Source of the DNA: Octopus vulgaris
Lineage: Eukaryota
NCBI GenBank assembly: GCA_951406725.2
Contig: OX597840.1
Coordinates: 18,786,001 to 18,850,000, forward strand
Reading direction: 5' to 3'
Length of the DNA stretch: 64,000 bases
In this document: one piece after another, positions 27,693-41,470 of the stretch
Layout of the letters: the number at the start of each line of letters is the position of its first letter
Position numbering within the stretch: the first letter of the stretch is position 1
Program-made: the position numbers and the translations under genes
Notes under the pieces: model-generated
Told to the model about the DNA's origin: nothing
Seen by the model: only the letters and a program-made list of their open reading frames with translations
Database searches by the model: none

Positions 27693-28276
27693 GAGCGAAA
27701 GAGAAGAGGCGAAATAAATGGAAAGATAGTGAGTGAGAGAGAAAGAGGGCAGGAATGAGGGAAAGAGTGGAGGCAACGTATACACACACACACACACACA
27801 TACACACACACACATACACACATACACACACACAGAGACACACACACACACAGACACACGCACGCACACACACACACAACATACATATATAAATATATAT
27901 GTTTATACACACGCAAACACACATATAGATGGATAAATAGATAGACAGATTGAGTAGAGAGAGGGAAAGAGAGAGAGAGAGTGACAGATATTGAGAGAGA
28001 AAGAAAGAGAGCAGGCGAAATAAATAGATTGAGAGAGAGAGAGGAGGTGGGGGAAGATACAGAGAGACAGAGAGAGACAGACAGACAGCGACACTAAGAG
28101 ATAGACAGATCGATTGGCGCGGAAATATCGACTCGAAACAGCTGTTTTCTAAACGGTTCTGGTCTTCAAGAATTTTGAAGTCATTTTCAATCACGAAAAA
28201 AAAAAAAAAAGAGTGGCGGCGGCGGAGGTTTTTGTTTTGTTGAGTTCCAATACAAAAAAAATAAAGTCGCGTATAT

Positions 28277-28328
<52 letters not shown>

Positions 28329-29183
28329 TTTGTGTGTGTGTGTGTGTAAAACCAAACGACAAACAAACACTAAACTTAGAGACAAGCTTAAAAAATGTCT
28401 GCCTTTCACTCTATCTATTTTGTATGTCTTGAATAGATTCAATGAGAATACGGCATTCAATATACAAGAAAGCATTAGAGATAATATAAGCGGGTGGTAT
28501 AAATAGAAAAGGTGACATGCCGAGGAGCGAAGGGCCTTGGGTTATGAATCTACCGGATTAGATCTAACATGAGGTTAAACAGCATTGTGAACGACAGCAA
28601 CACCAAGAACAACAGCCGACAAGATTAAAGCAATGTAAATAAATAAATAACTTGCAAATGATACAAAAATTTATGAATGGCTGATATTTTGGAGAATCCA
28701 TTAATAAACGGTTTTTTTTTTTTATATACCATAAGGTTTTACGTTCTGAGGTCAAATGCGGCCGAAGTCTGCTTTGCCTTTCATCCTTTCGGGGTCAATA
28801 AAATAAGCACCCGTTGAGCATTGGGGTCGATGTAATTGACTCACTCCTTACCCTAAAATTGCTGGCCTTGTACCAATATATGAAACTAATATAATTATGG
28901 GGTTATTTAGGCAGCGAGTTGGCAGAACCAATAGCAATAGGGACGAAATGCCTGGCGGCCTTTCGCGTGTCTCTGTTCGATAAAATAAAGTTCTGAAGGA
29001 GTATTTACGTGGATGGTATCCATATATGATACCATTTGGAAAGATCATTTACCAAAAATTGAGCCAGTGAAAGCAGGGCAGTATACATAACCTTTACAGG
29101 CAGCTATTTCCAGCATATTGAGCAACTGTGTAGAGCCTTCTTTTGGATCGTTATATATATATACATACATACATATACATACA

Positions 29184-29339
<156 letters not shown>

Positions 29340-29479
29340 GGTATAAGTTAGACATCTTCAAACCTCTAAGGGATAGATTTATCAAAAAGCACTTCTGGTA
29401 ATTACCTCAGTGGGTATATTCCTTGGTAAAAGGCATACGACACACTTTTGTTTGTTATTTGTCCTCCATTTTCTTCTCG

Positions 29480-29519
<40 letters not shown>

Positions 29520-29560
29520 CACACACAGAAAGACATCTACACATACATAATTACATACAT

Positions 29561-29625
<65 letters not shown>

Positions 29626-29627
<2 letters not shown>

Positions 29628-30280
29628 GAGCAAAACGTCCCCCCGTCCTGTGACGGTGCTGAGTTGTCAAACATTTAAACCAAATTTTCTCAAAACAACT
29701 TGTCCGACCATCACATAGGCTTCCCCTTTGAGAAACACTGATTTAACCTAAATTTGAGACACCAGCAAAAGAAGAAATAAAGATAGACTTTTTTCTATTC
29801 GAAAAAAAACCCCCCGATTTTATTCACACAAACATGCAACCGAAGAGTTTAAAGTAGCAGTAATGATAAGGCTGTTGACTGGGAGAACACAAACATGGTT
29901 TAAATAGTAAGCTTGGCAGGAAAGAAACGTGCCTTTAAGCAGTACAAAAACAACAAAAAATGGAAGGTGCACTTATGTACAGGTTGACGGAAGAAAACAG
30001 GACAAAGACGATGCATGCAAATGGGTTAGCTGGAGGTAAATCTAGATGGAAAAGCATTTTTGCGCAAACTGCACGTGCATTTTTCTCGCGTACGCGTAGT
30101 ATCGATCGCAACAGCTGATGTACTTGCGCGTACAAATGCACGTCCTCCCGGCTTTATCGATCGCATTCTAACCCTGATAACGTTGGTATCGCCATATCAA
30201 ATTTGAGCGCAATCGGATGGAAGATGCCCGAGATCCTAGAAGACATACACACACAGACAGACAGAACGGATTATATATAA
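29626..30280 (-). mobile_element. Non-autonomous Helitron-like element
   Basis: Minus-strand 3' hairpin CCGTCACAGGACGG followed by CTCGT; 5' end TATATAATCCGTTCTGTCTGTCTG. Confidence 0.5.
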
Positions 30281-30456
30281 TCGGATTATATAGGTGGTGC
30301 TATTAAGTTAGACATGGCCTGGGCCAATAATGGCCGAAACCTATCAAAGTATCAAAGTATATATAAGACAAGAAATAATTTTTGCCTCTTTTCATGAAGA
30401 CAAAAGGCTTTATAAGACTGCAAAACAGAAGTGCTCAAATGTAATTTATATACAGA

Positions 30457-31200
30457 CTAGCGTAAGGTGACTCGCTGTACGCGCGGGTGAGGGTGTGGTT
30501 GTTACTTTCTGTTGCTTCCTTTCTGTTTCTTATCGCCACATTCTCCCTCTTTGTTTCTCTCTCCTTTCTCTCTCACTTTCCCACTCTCCTCTTACTCTTC
30601 CTTTTTTCTCGGACTCTCCCTCGCTTTCTCTTACTCTCTATCTTTCTCTTTCCCATTTATAAAGAACAAAAGATCTTGAGTAAGTTGAGAAAGAAATTAT
30701 TTTGAAAGATCAATCATAAATATCAGGCAGGGACAACGGAAAGCACACTTGCCTTTTGTACGTGCCACTATTTGAGCGATTAAAAATTAGGAAAAAATGG
30801 ACTTCTTTGTTAAATTTAGTACTTATTTTGGGAATTTTTCGACGATTGACCATGCAAATGAAAGCTCTAAATACGGGCGACATGCAGCTGTAAATTTCTT
30901 TCAGAAAAAATGAAAACTGTAAACAATAAAAAATAAAATACAAAAATACATAAAAATGAGAATTTTTTTTCAACTTCAAAAATCTTGCCTTAATTTTCAT
31001 AATTTCGAATCCATTTTCCGCGCTTAAATTATAAATCCATTTCCGCTTTACCATGTTGAAAATTTGATTGAAATCGGGCAAAGGGTCTCCAATCTATACC
31101 CCTAAGTGCCCCCAAAAATCAATAAAATCCCCGTTTTCACAGCAAAGCAACCACTGTAGCTCCACAAAAATTCTCCCTCACCTCAAGTTACCCCCTCCTG
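30457..31200 (-). mobile_element. Non-autonomous Helitron related to 11321-12500
   Basis: About 280 bp of the 3' end nearly identical to 11321-11610, including hairpin and CTAG. Confidence 0.65.
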
Positions 31201-31316
31201 TATGTATATATATATATATGTATATATATACATATATATATATATACATATATTAAGACATATACACACACAATGTATATATGTGTATATATTGTACATA
31301 TGTACACATACAGTTA

Positions 31317-31387
<71 letters not shown>

Positions 31388-31576
31388 TTCTATCTATCTA
31401 TTTCTATCTATCTATCTATTCATGTATGTATATATTTTTATTCATATGTATATATTGTATATATATGTACATACTTCAGTGTATATGTGCGTATGTGTGT
31501 TTGTGGAGAGAGGGTGGGAGGGATACATGCATACATACATATATATATATACATAAAATATATATATCTGTCTGTC

Positions 31577-31608
<32 letters not shown>

Positions 31609-32256
31609 TGTATGTATGTATGTATGTATGTATGTATGTATGTATGTATGTATGTATGTATGTATGTACAAATATAACAGTTCGCTCTGGTATACAATTT
31701 CGCTAATACTTAGGTCCAGAGAAACTGTCCAGAGGGAATGTCATGATACAAAGCTTAGGTAAGTTATTGAAAAGTCATGATACAAAACTTAGGTAAGTTA
31801 TTGAAAAGTTATGTAGAGATCGATGTTGGCATTTAGGAGAATATATTGGCTCCGCAACTGGTATTTCTTGTCAAAAATGTGATTAGAATATGTTTCCCGG
31901 AAGGAAAATCAGTTTTCAACTGTTTTCTTCTCATATATAAAAGTTACACTTTGCCGTTTTGAATTGTCGAATTAGTTTTATATTATGAGGGTTATATTGC
32001 CAATGAAACACACGCGCTAGTTATGTTTCACTTCAGCTTTATTAAAACTTATTAGATAATCACTTTATCAATTTGTTGATTGATTAGACTGTCCAAATCT
32101 TTTCGTCACAGTCATCTTATCAATATCCACGTGTCAGCCTAGGCCCGAGGACAGACACATGGTTATTGATAAGATATACCTAGAGTCTAGGGTATCACTT
32201 TCTCCTCAACATTTAGTACGTTTTTTTACAGTTTGTCTCACAGGTCTTGTGGTAAT

Positions 32257-32822
<566 letters not shown>

Positions 32823-33259
32823 AGCATACACAACACCAACAACAACACATCAAACACACACACAATGTTCACTACCATCAACACGAAAAATACAGAGTTG
32901 ATGGAATACATCAACAATAAAACAAATCTGAAACACCAAGACATAAAAGACAAGCAACCGCCCATATACAGCACCACCACAACACATTAAAACATTGTAC
33001 ATCACACCAACCCTGCACCACACACTAAAATCCATTTACCCCGATGCGGTTGGAAGATGTCAGAAGTATTCTCAAAAACTTCATAGTAATCTCCTCGAGG
33101 AAAAACCAAAGGAGACACAAAAACTTTCGAACGGTGAGTGACTCTCCGTTCCTATCGTTAGTGTTTGAACACACACATCATGAGGATTATGATCAAGATT
33201 GGCTGTATGAATGCGCGAGGCTTGGGGTCCCCTTGGAAACAAGGGTACCTCTTAAATGA

Positions 33260-35930
33260 CTTAAATGCTATCTTTCATCCTACAGAAGCTTGACCTTTTT
33301 CTAATAATAGCGGTGCTGTGGCATTTTTTTACATAACATACTATGTTGTTTTCTTCTGCTCTAATGCTGTGTTTCGCTGTGTTCACATCCAATCAGTCCT
33401 CTTCCTCATCTTTTTCATGATACATACAGTCTATCTGTGTCACTTTTTGGGTGGAGTGACCCATATCTAGTTAGCAACTTCCTTGTCTTTCTGTCTAAGC
33501 TGTTTAGATCGTCTACTGTCCATGCGATTACCCCTGCTCCATATCTAAGGAGTGAAACCGCTTCAATCTTATTCCATCCATTTAATTTTGACTTAAGGAT
33601 CAGTTTCAGTCTGCGCAAGTACTCCACCTTAAATTTTTGTATCATTTCTTTCTCCATCAATTTATCCATTTCCCAAATCCCCAAGTACTTATAGCTCGTC
33701 TCTTCTATCTGCTTCATACATTTGATTTTGTCTCTTCAAGACTAACAAACCACACTTTCTCAGTCCGAACTCCATTCTGATATCGGTACTGAAAGTATAC
33801 ACCGTATCAACGAGGGAACTGACTTGGGATTCATCTTTACCATAAAGTTTGAGGTCATCCATGAATAACAAATGGTTGACTTTTTGTTGGCGGCTTTTGA
33901 ATACATATCCAGCTTTTGCTTTCCTCAGAATTAGTGTTAGTGGTATCAAGCACAGTACAAAGATCAGTGGGGACAAGCAGTCCCCTTGGAAGATGTCCCT
34001 CCTGATTTCTACTGTCCCTAAACTTCTTCCGTATGCTGTCAGGTCTGCCCTCCAATTCGCCATACTTTTTCCAAGCAACCGCTCAACATTCGATGCAGTA
34101 TCAGATAGGTTCATATATTCCATAATCCAAGAATGTGGGATCATATCATATGCCTTACGATAATTGACCCATAACATGGCTAAGTTACTTTTCCTCCTCT
34201 TGCAGTCTCTAAATACAGTTTTGTCTATCAGGAGTTGATCCTTGGTACCTCTGCACTTACGCTTGCAACCCTTCTGCTCATGTGACAGGACTCCATTTTT
34301 TTCCAGATGTTCATTCTTTGATTCTGCGAATATTCCAGTCAATAATTTCCACATAAGTGGCACACGGGAAATCGGACTACCGTATTGCCTTTTTCGATGT
34401 TTTTCAAGCACAGCACTGTCCTACCTAATGTCAACCACTCTGGTGTCACTTGGTCGGCATTTAACAAGGTGTTGTGTTGCGCAGCTATTCGTGCATGACA
34501 TTTACCAAATCTTTTGATGCAGTAGCCTTGAACCCCAATATGGTCCCGGGGCGGTCCAGTTGCCTATTTTTTTGCTGATTTCCTTCACATCTCTCACGGA
34601 AATGCCTAGTTCTGCCTGTTTTGGACAGACTACTGTTTGTTTCAGTTCTTGCAACCATTCAGCATCCTTCTTGTGCTCCTTATCTTTTCTCCAGATGTCA
34701 CTCCAAAACCTTTGACTTCCATTGTTATCTGGTATTAACTTTTCATCTGTACACTCTCCATTTATTTCTTTATAGAATCTCTTCGGATCTGCTCTGAATA
34801 ACCTATTCTGCTGGTAACCCTTCATTCTTTGGTCGTATCTTAACATTTTTGCTTTCTTTGCAACGAGACGCTGTTTCAGTTCCTCCATTACCACTTTCAG
34901 GCCCTTTCTTTCAATATCATACTTCCTTTTCAGTGCCGTGTATTTTTGTTCGTTTTTAAGCTCCCCTTTCTTTTTTCATCCTAACATAGAAATTTCCTTC
35001 GAGAGCATATCTAACCCTGCTTGTATTATTTTCCATCATGGATCTTTTCTCTTGTCACTCCCATTATATTTCTTTTTTTTGACATCGACACTCACATTTT
35101 CTGCTACAATAATACTTGCTGTTTTGATCAAATTCTTTGTTTCTGTGATGTTGTCTGTTCTGATGTATTTCAGAATTTCATTCCCATTTTTCGTTTCTTG
35201 ATTCAATTTCCACCGATCAACCTTTTTAAGGTTGCAAATAATGTCGTTATCGTTCTCCTGTAGTTTAGCCTTTATTCTGTCGTAGATTGCCTTTTGTTCA
35301 TCTGTCATCTCGCCATTAGTTTTATTGTCTTTTTTCAGATCATCTATATGTCTTTCATCAAGTAAACTACCACTGCTCCTTTCCTCTGCTATGAGATTAC
35401 TTTTATCAGTAAGAACTGTATTTTCATCGTTTCCTCTGCTGCTGTTTTCCAATACTCGCCTTTTGATAACTTCGAGCTCTGCTTCTGTGAACCAACGATT
35501 TTTTTTATTGCTTTAGCTTGATCACATAATCTCTGTTCTGTGAGTTGAAACAATCCCTTTTCACTCCAATGATCATACATACATTGTCGGCAACCCCTAA
35601 TTTGAGCACCATTTTCATCTATAGTGTTGCTCAGGTAGTAACACTCCATGACCACAGCATTAATTTACTTGCTCCATCTACACCATGTGTGGTGGCCCTT
35701 TTCTGGATATCGACAGGTTTGAGCCGAACCAGAATCTCCGAGCCTGCCGGGTGCAACTCTGTCACCATCAATGGCTTCAGTTTCATTACCACCGTTATTC
35801 ACAATATTTTTTCATTGTCACTCATATGAGGTAGCGATTATCAGGTTGCGCAATTACCAGTGTTTTTATTGTGACACCATCACTAGATGTATCATTAGTC
35901 AGGACATGGGGAGATTCCACCCGCTTCCTT
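33260..35930 (-). mobile_element. Degenerate R4/Dong-like LINE (5' UTR, N-terminal domain and RT)
   Basis: [57 protein letters not shown] motifs with frameshifts; 5' end abuts (TAA)n. Confidence 0.9.
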
Positions 35931-36041
<111 letters not shown>

Positions 36042-36409
36042 CTGATATCACTGATATTATTTATTTAAAAATTTTTTTTACTATTTGTCATTGTTATATT
36101 AACAGACTCAGAGGTTACACAGGGCTATGCAGGGCAGGGGTGGCACCGATTTCCAGCGCTGCTCACATGGACAGCCGCATAGAAAATTACACTATTTCAT
36201 CTGGCCGTCCTCAGCGATGTTAGTTGTAATTTAAAAGAGATGTAACTACTCATTCTGTCATGCAGAACGACTTTCCACAAAGTCCATTGCTCATTTGTGA
36301 TCTTCTTTGGTGAACGGGCTCAGCGTATGAAGACGAAGATCGTTGCCTTCGTGCTTATTTCTTTAGCCACGATAACTGTTTTTTTGTCAATGTTTATTAT
36401 CATTATTAT

Positions 36410-36597
36410 TATTCAGTAGTTCTATTTTTATAGCGTGCTTTCACTTCACTAGCGAGCGCAGTTCTGTGTGCCTTGGGTATGTGCTGTGATTAGTTGTGAT
36501 GCTCTGATGGTTACTGTATGGAAAGTGTTCTGCGTAGGATGTGTGCAGTGCCTAGTAGTGCAATTTTCTGCATGTTATGTGTTTGTTATTCCTGGTG

Positions 36598-36676
<79 letters not shown>

Positions 36677-36691
36677 TACTATTACTATTAC

Positions 36692-36761
<70 letters not shown>

Positions 36762-37129
36762 TTATGTTTTATTTTTGCTTTACATTTGTACAAGCTGGCT
36801 CCAAGTCTCACCCAGAGACCTCAAGAGACAACAAGTTGGAAGTTCATGTTGGTGTTATGCCTAGGGTGCCATATATTTGGTTTTGTACATAGTGTTGTTC
36901 TAGAGAATGTTTAAGAAACCATAAGAAAATTATGTTTGTTTTAAAACTTGAGATTACATAGAAAGTATTTTGCGTAGGATATGAGCAGTTCCCATTAGCA
37001 CTATCTTTTTCTGTAATTTTGTATTTACACAGCATTTTTGTTCTCTTCTTGTTACTTAGTAGTGTTGATTGTCTACTTGTTTCGTTAGGGATTTTCAGGT
37101 CTTTTCTCGTGCTTTCTATTTTTTCTGGA

Positions 37130-37130
<1 letters not shown>
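36410..37130 (-). mobile_element. Two stacked 3' ends of Dong-like LINEs separated by (TAA)n
   Basis: QKIALLGTAHILRR* near 36510-36600 and QKKIVLMGTAHILRK* plus 3' UTR near 36760-37030. Confidence 0.8.
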
Positions 37131-37139
<9 letters not shown>

Positions 37140-37161
<22 letters not shown>

Positions 37162-39869
37162 TATGTTTGACTTTTGCTTTATATTTGTACAAGTTGGCTC
37201 CAAGTCTCACCCAGAGACCTCAAGAGACAACAGGGTTGGAAGTTCATGTTGTTGTTATGCCTAGTGTGCCATATATTTGGGGGGTGGGGATGTTGTACTA
37301 ATGAATGTCTAAAAAAAAAAAAAGTTTTTTTTTTTTTTTTTACCGAAAATTATGTTTGTTTTAAACCTTGAGATTACATAGAGAGTATTTTGCGTAGGAT
37401 ATGAGCAGTTCCCATGAGCACTATCTTTTGAACTTCTGCCATTTTTGGGTTTCCTGGTATCTGAGTTAGGTAGCTATCAGCCCCTTTTGCTATCATTCCC
37501 AGGGCACCTATGACAACAGGTATTGTTTTAGTCTTCAGCTTCCACATTTTGCTGATTTCTATTTCAAGATCTTTATATTTGCTCAGTTTTTGGTAGGTCT
37601 TGACAGATACGTTTATATCGATTGGGACAGTCATATCAATGAGGAGGCATGTTCTTTGTTTGAAGTTTTTCAATATGATGTCTGGCCTATTTGCATCTAT
37701 CTTCCTGTCAGTTTGAATGGTGAAGTTCCAGAGGAGTGAGATGTGGTCATTTTCAAGCACTGGGGGTGGTTTGTGTTCCCACCAGTTTTTTTCATGGGGC
37801 AAATCCAGGTTTTTACAGATTACCCAGTGAATATATTGTGCAGCTCTATCGTGCCTGTTGAGATACTCTGTAGGCGCTAGAAGACTGCACTTGGAGACCA
37901 CATGGTCAATGGTTTCATTTTGTTGCTTGCATACACGACACGTTGGACTGCTTCTGATCTTTAATATGTTGGCCTGGTAGTTTCTTGTTGGTAGGCATTG
38001 ATCTTGAGCTGCTATGATAAACCCCTCTGTTTCAGATTTTAAGCCAGAGGCCATTAGCCATTGATGGGTCAGGGCTTTGTCGATATCTGCATTATTCGCT
38101 CTCTTTGGGTATTTGCCATAGAGAGGTTTTTCTTGCCATTTATTATTCAGAATATCTAAGGCCGCAGTTTTGGCACGGGTTTTCATGCGCCTAGCTTTTT
38201 CTGTGCTTGTTTCTTGTATATCTATCTCTAATTCCGAAATTGGTTGTATTCGGAATTCACTTAGATATTCCTTTGCCTGTTTTGTGACTGAGTATGATGC
38301 TTTCTTGTTTTCATGTTTTGAGACAAGTTTTAGCATCCAGTCCTCAGAGTTTTTCAGGTAGGTGTCTAGGCCAATTGTAGCAATCTTCATTGTTATTGCC
38401 AGTTGCAAAAGACCACGACCTCCCTCTTTTCTTGGCAGATAGAGTCGTTCTGTATCTGCCTTAGGGTGGTGCATTCTATGCATTGTCAACAGTTTCCTTA
38501 TTTTTCTGTCGAGCTGACATATTTCAGTAATTGACCAGTTAACAATATTGAAACTGTAAGTCACGACTGGTATAGCTAATGCATTGATTGCTTCGATCCT
38601 GTTTCTTGCATTCAGCTCTGTCTTGAGTATTGCTCTCACTCTTCGATAGCATTCTCTCCTGATCCTTTCCTTCATCTCTGAATGCCTTATTCCGTTCCCT
38701 TCAATTATCCCTAGGTACTTGTAGCTCTCCGCTGGGTCTAGTTCTTTTATGACATTCTGTTGGTCAAGGTTAACGTTAGATGTTTCTGTCATTTTTCCTT
38801 TGATAAAGGTAGCCTTTGCACATTTATCGAGGCCGAATTGCATTCTGATGTCGTCACTGAATTGTTTGACTATCGCTAGTAAGCCCTTGAGTTGTTGATC
38901 ATTTTTTGCAAAAAGCTTTAAATCATCCATGTAAACGAGATGATTTATATTTTTATCAAACATTTTATACCCGTACTGCGCATCATTGAGCAGCTTTGAG
39001 AGAGGTATTAAGGATAAACAAAAGAGGAGTGGTGACAGTGAGTCACCCTGGAAAATGCCACACGAAATTTTTACATCACCAGCATTTAGGGATTCACTGT
39101 CACTGTTCAGAGTTAGTGTGGTTCTCCATGATCTCATACTTACAGTCAAGAAGTTTCGCAGAGTTGGTGCTATCTTATACATTTCAAGGCATTTCCTAAT
39201 CCAGCCTTTTTATAGTCTATCCAGGCTATTGATAAGTTTTTGTGTCGTTTGTGACAATCTTCTAAGATCATCTTATTGATGAGTAGTTGGTCTTTACAGC
39301 CGTAGGATCCACGTTTACATCCTTTCTGTTCATTAGGGAATATGCTGCTGTCTGTTAAAAAACTATAGGTATATTCCGTCAGGACAGATGTTAGTGTTTT
39401 GTACATAGTTGTTAAGCAGGTTATGGGTCTATAGTTTTTTGGTTCATTTGTTTCTTCACTTTTTGGAAGCAGGAATGTTAACCCATTAACTAGCCAAGGA
39501 GGCATCCTACTAGGGTGTTGCAAAACATCATTGTACAGTTCTGTTAGCAGTTCATGGCTCTCTGGGAAGGCATTCAGCCAGAAGTTAGGAATTTTATCCT
39601 TTCCTGGAGACTTCCATTTGCTTGACCTCCTGAGGGCAGATCTTATATCTTCTACCTTGACACCCTCCCACTTTTGCTCTTCTAAGGGGTCCAGATCTGT
39701 AGATATTCTGTCAATCCAGGGGGCCTTTTCGTTGTGTGTTTTTTCTTCTGCCCAGATTTTATTCCAAAATCTCTGCACTTCTTCTTTTGATGGTACAGAC
39801 CCTGCAGTAAACGCTGTTTTTCCTATCTTCCTGTAAAAATTCTTGGTGTTATTTTTGAACATGTTGTTC

Positions 39870-39870
<1 letters not shown>
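37140..39870 (-). mobile_element. Young 5'-truncated R4/Dong-like LINE: RT, CCHC knuckle and restriction-like endonuclease
   Basis: ORFs 39170-39870 and 37374-39182: YRPITCL, GIFQGDSLSPLLF, YMDDLK, CRVC..H...C, RHD, RPDII..LLID..K..KY; (TAA)n on both sides; one frameshift near 39204. Confidence 0.95.
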
Positions 39871-39937
<67 letters not shown>

Positions 39938-40296
39938 CAAGGATGGCGAGCTGGCAGAATCGTTATAGTAGAAAGGATTATTATTGTTATTATTATTATT
40001 ACTATTATTATTATTATTAGGGTGATGAAATATCACTCTTAGCTCTAGTAAGGACGAGGACGATGTTGATGATGCTGGTAGTGGTGGTGGTGGTGGTAGC
40101 CATGACAATGCTGACGACGTCGATGCCATCCATGATGGAGCAAGTGTTTATGTTCCTATAAAAATGTGTGGTGAGACCCGCGTGAGAGTTGCACAAGAGT
40201 TTTCTTTTGGTAAATTTTTTTAAAGCAGCATTAATTATCGTTAATACCCAAAATTCTCAATCATGCACGGACACACACACACACACACACACACTC

Positions 40297-40327
<31 letters not shown>

Positions 40328-40752
40328 AACTCACACATACACACACACACATACACACACACTCACACACATACTCACATAATACACACACATACACACT
40401 CACACACATACAGTCACACACATACACACACATACACACACATACACACACATACACACACATACACACGCACATACACACATACACACTCACACACATA
40501 CACATACAGTCACATACAGTCACACACATACACAAGCACGCACACGCGTGCGCAGTTGTACACACATCAGTACATGGCCACATACGCCCTTGCGTGTACA
40601 GAAATTCAGGTATAAACATATACACATACACACACATACACACACACATGCACACATGAAAATATTTCCCCATACACACATATTAGCAATAATAACAAGC
40701 GTAATCACACACATACACACATGCACACATATTTACTAACATATGTGCACAT

Positions 40753-40930
40753 AGGCGTAGGAGTGGCTGTGTGGTAAGTAGTTTGCTTACCAGCCACATG
40801 GTTCCGGGTTCATTCCCACTATGTGGCACCTTGGGCAAGTGTCTTCTACTGTAGCCTCGGGCCGACCAAAGCCTTGTGAGTGGATTTGGTAGACGGAAAC
40901 TGAAAGAAGCCCATTGTATATATGTATATT

Positions 40931-40985
<55 letters not shown>

Positions 40986-41010
40986 ATATATATATATATA
41001 TATATGTATG

Positions 41011-41043
<33 letters not shown>

Positions 41044-41240
41044 ATATGTTTGTGTGTCTGTGTTTGTCCCTCCCAACATCGCCTGATAACCGATGGTGGT
41101 GTGTTTACGTCCCCGGCAAAAGAGGCTGATAGAATAAGTACTAGGCTTACAAAGAATAAGTCCTGAGGTCGATTTGCTCGACTAATGGTGGTGCTGCAGC
41201 ATGGCCGCAGTCACATGACTGAAACAAGTAAAAGAGTAAG
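40753..41240 (+). mobile_element. SINE family A copy
   Basis: Homology to 18484-18910. Confidence 0.9.
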
Positions 41241-41470
41241 AGTATAGGCACATACGCATGCTGAATCACAGTTATAAACACACGCCTTTATACACACACA
41301 CACACATGCACACGCACATATACAACAAATACACACATAAAAACATGCACATACACAAACCCACACATACACACAAACAAACATGCACGCACGCATACTG
41401 AAATACAAGTATAAAAATGTAGCCATACACGGACTCATGCGAACACATACACACACAATTTCTTTTATAC

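Noticed and set aside
27412-28194. 260-aa minus-strand ORF
   Set aside because: Mostly microsatellite; only the signal-peptide exon 27468-27516 is real
39870-40129. N-terminus of the 319-aa ORF as part of the LINE protein
   Set aside because: Read-through of (TAA)n and (CCA)n repeats upstream of the 5' truncation point
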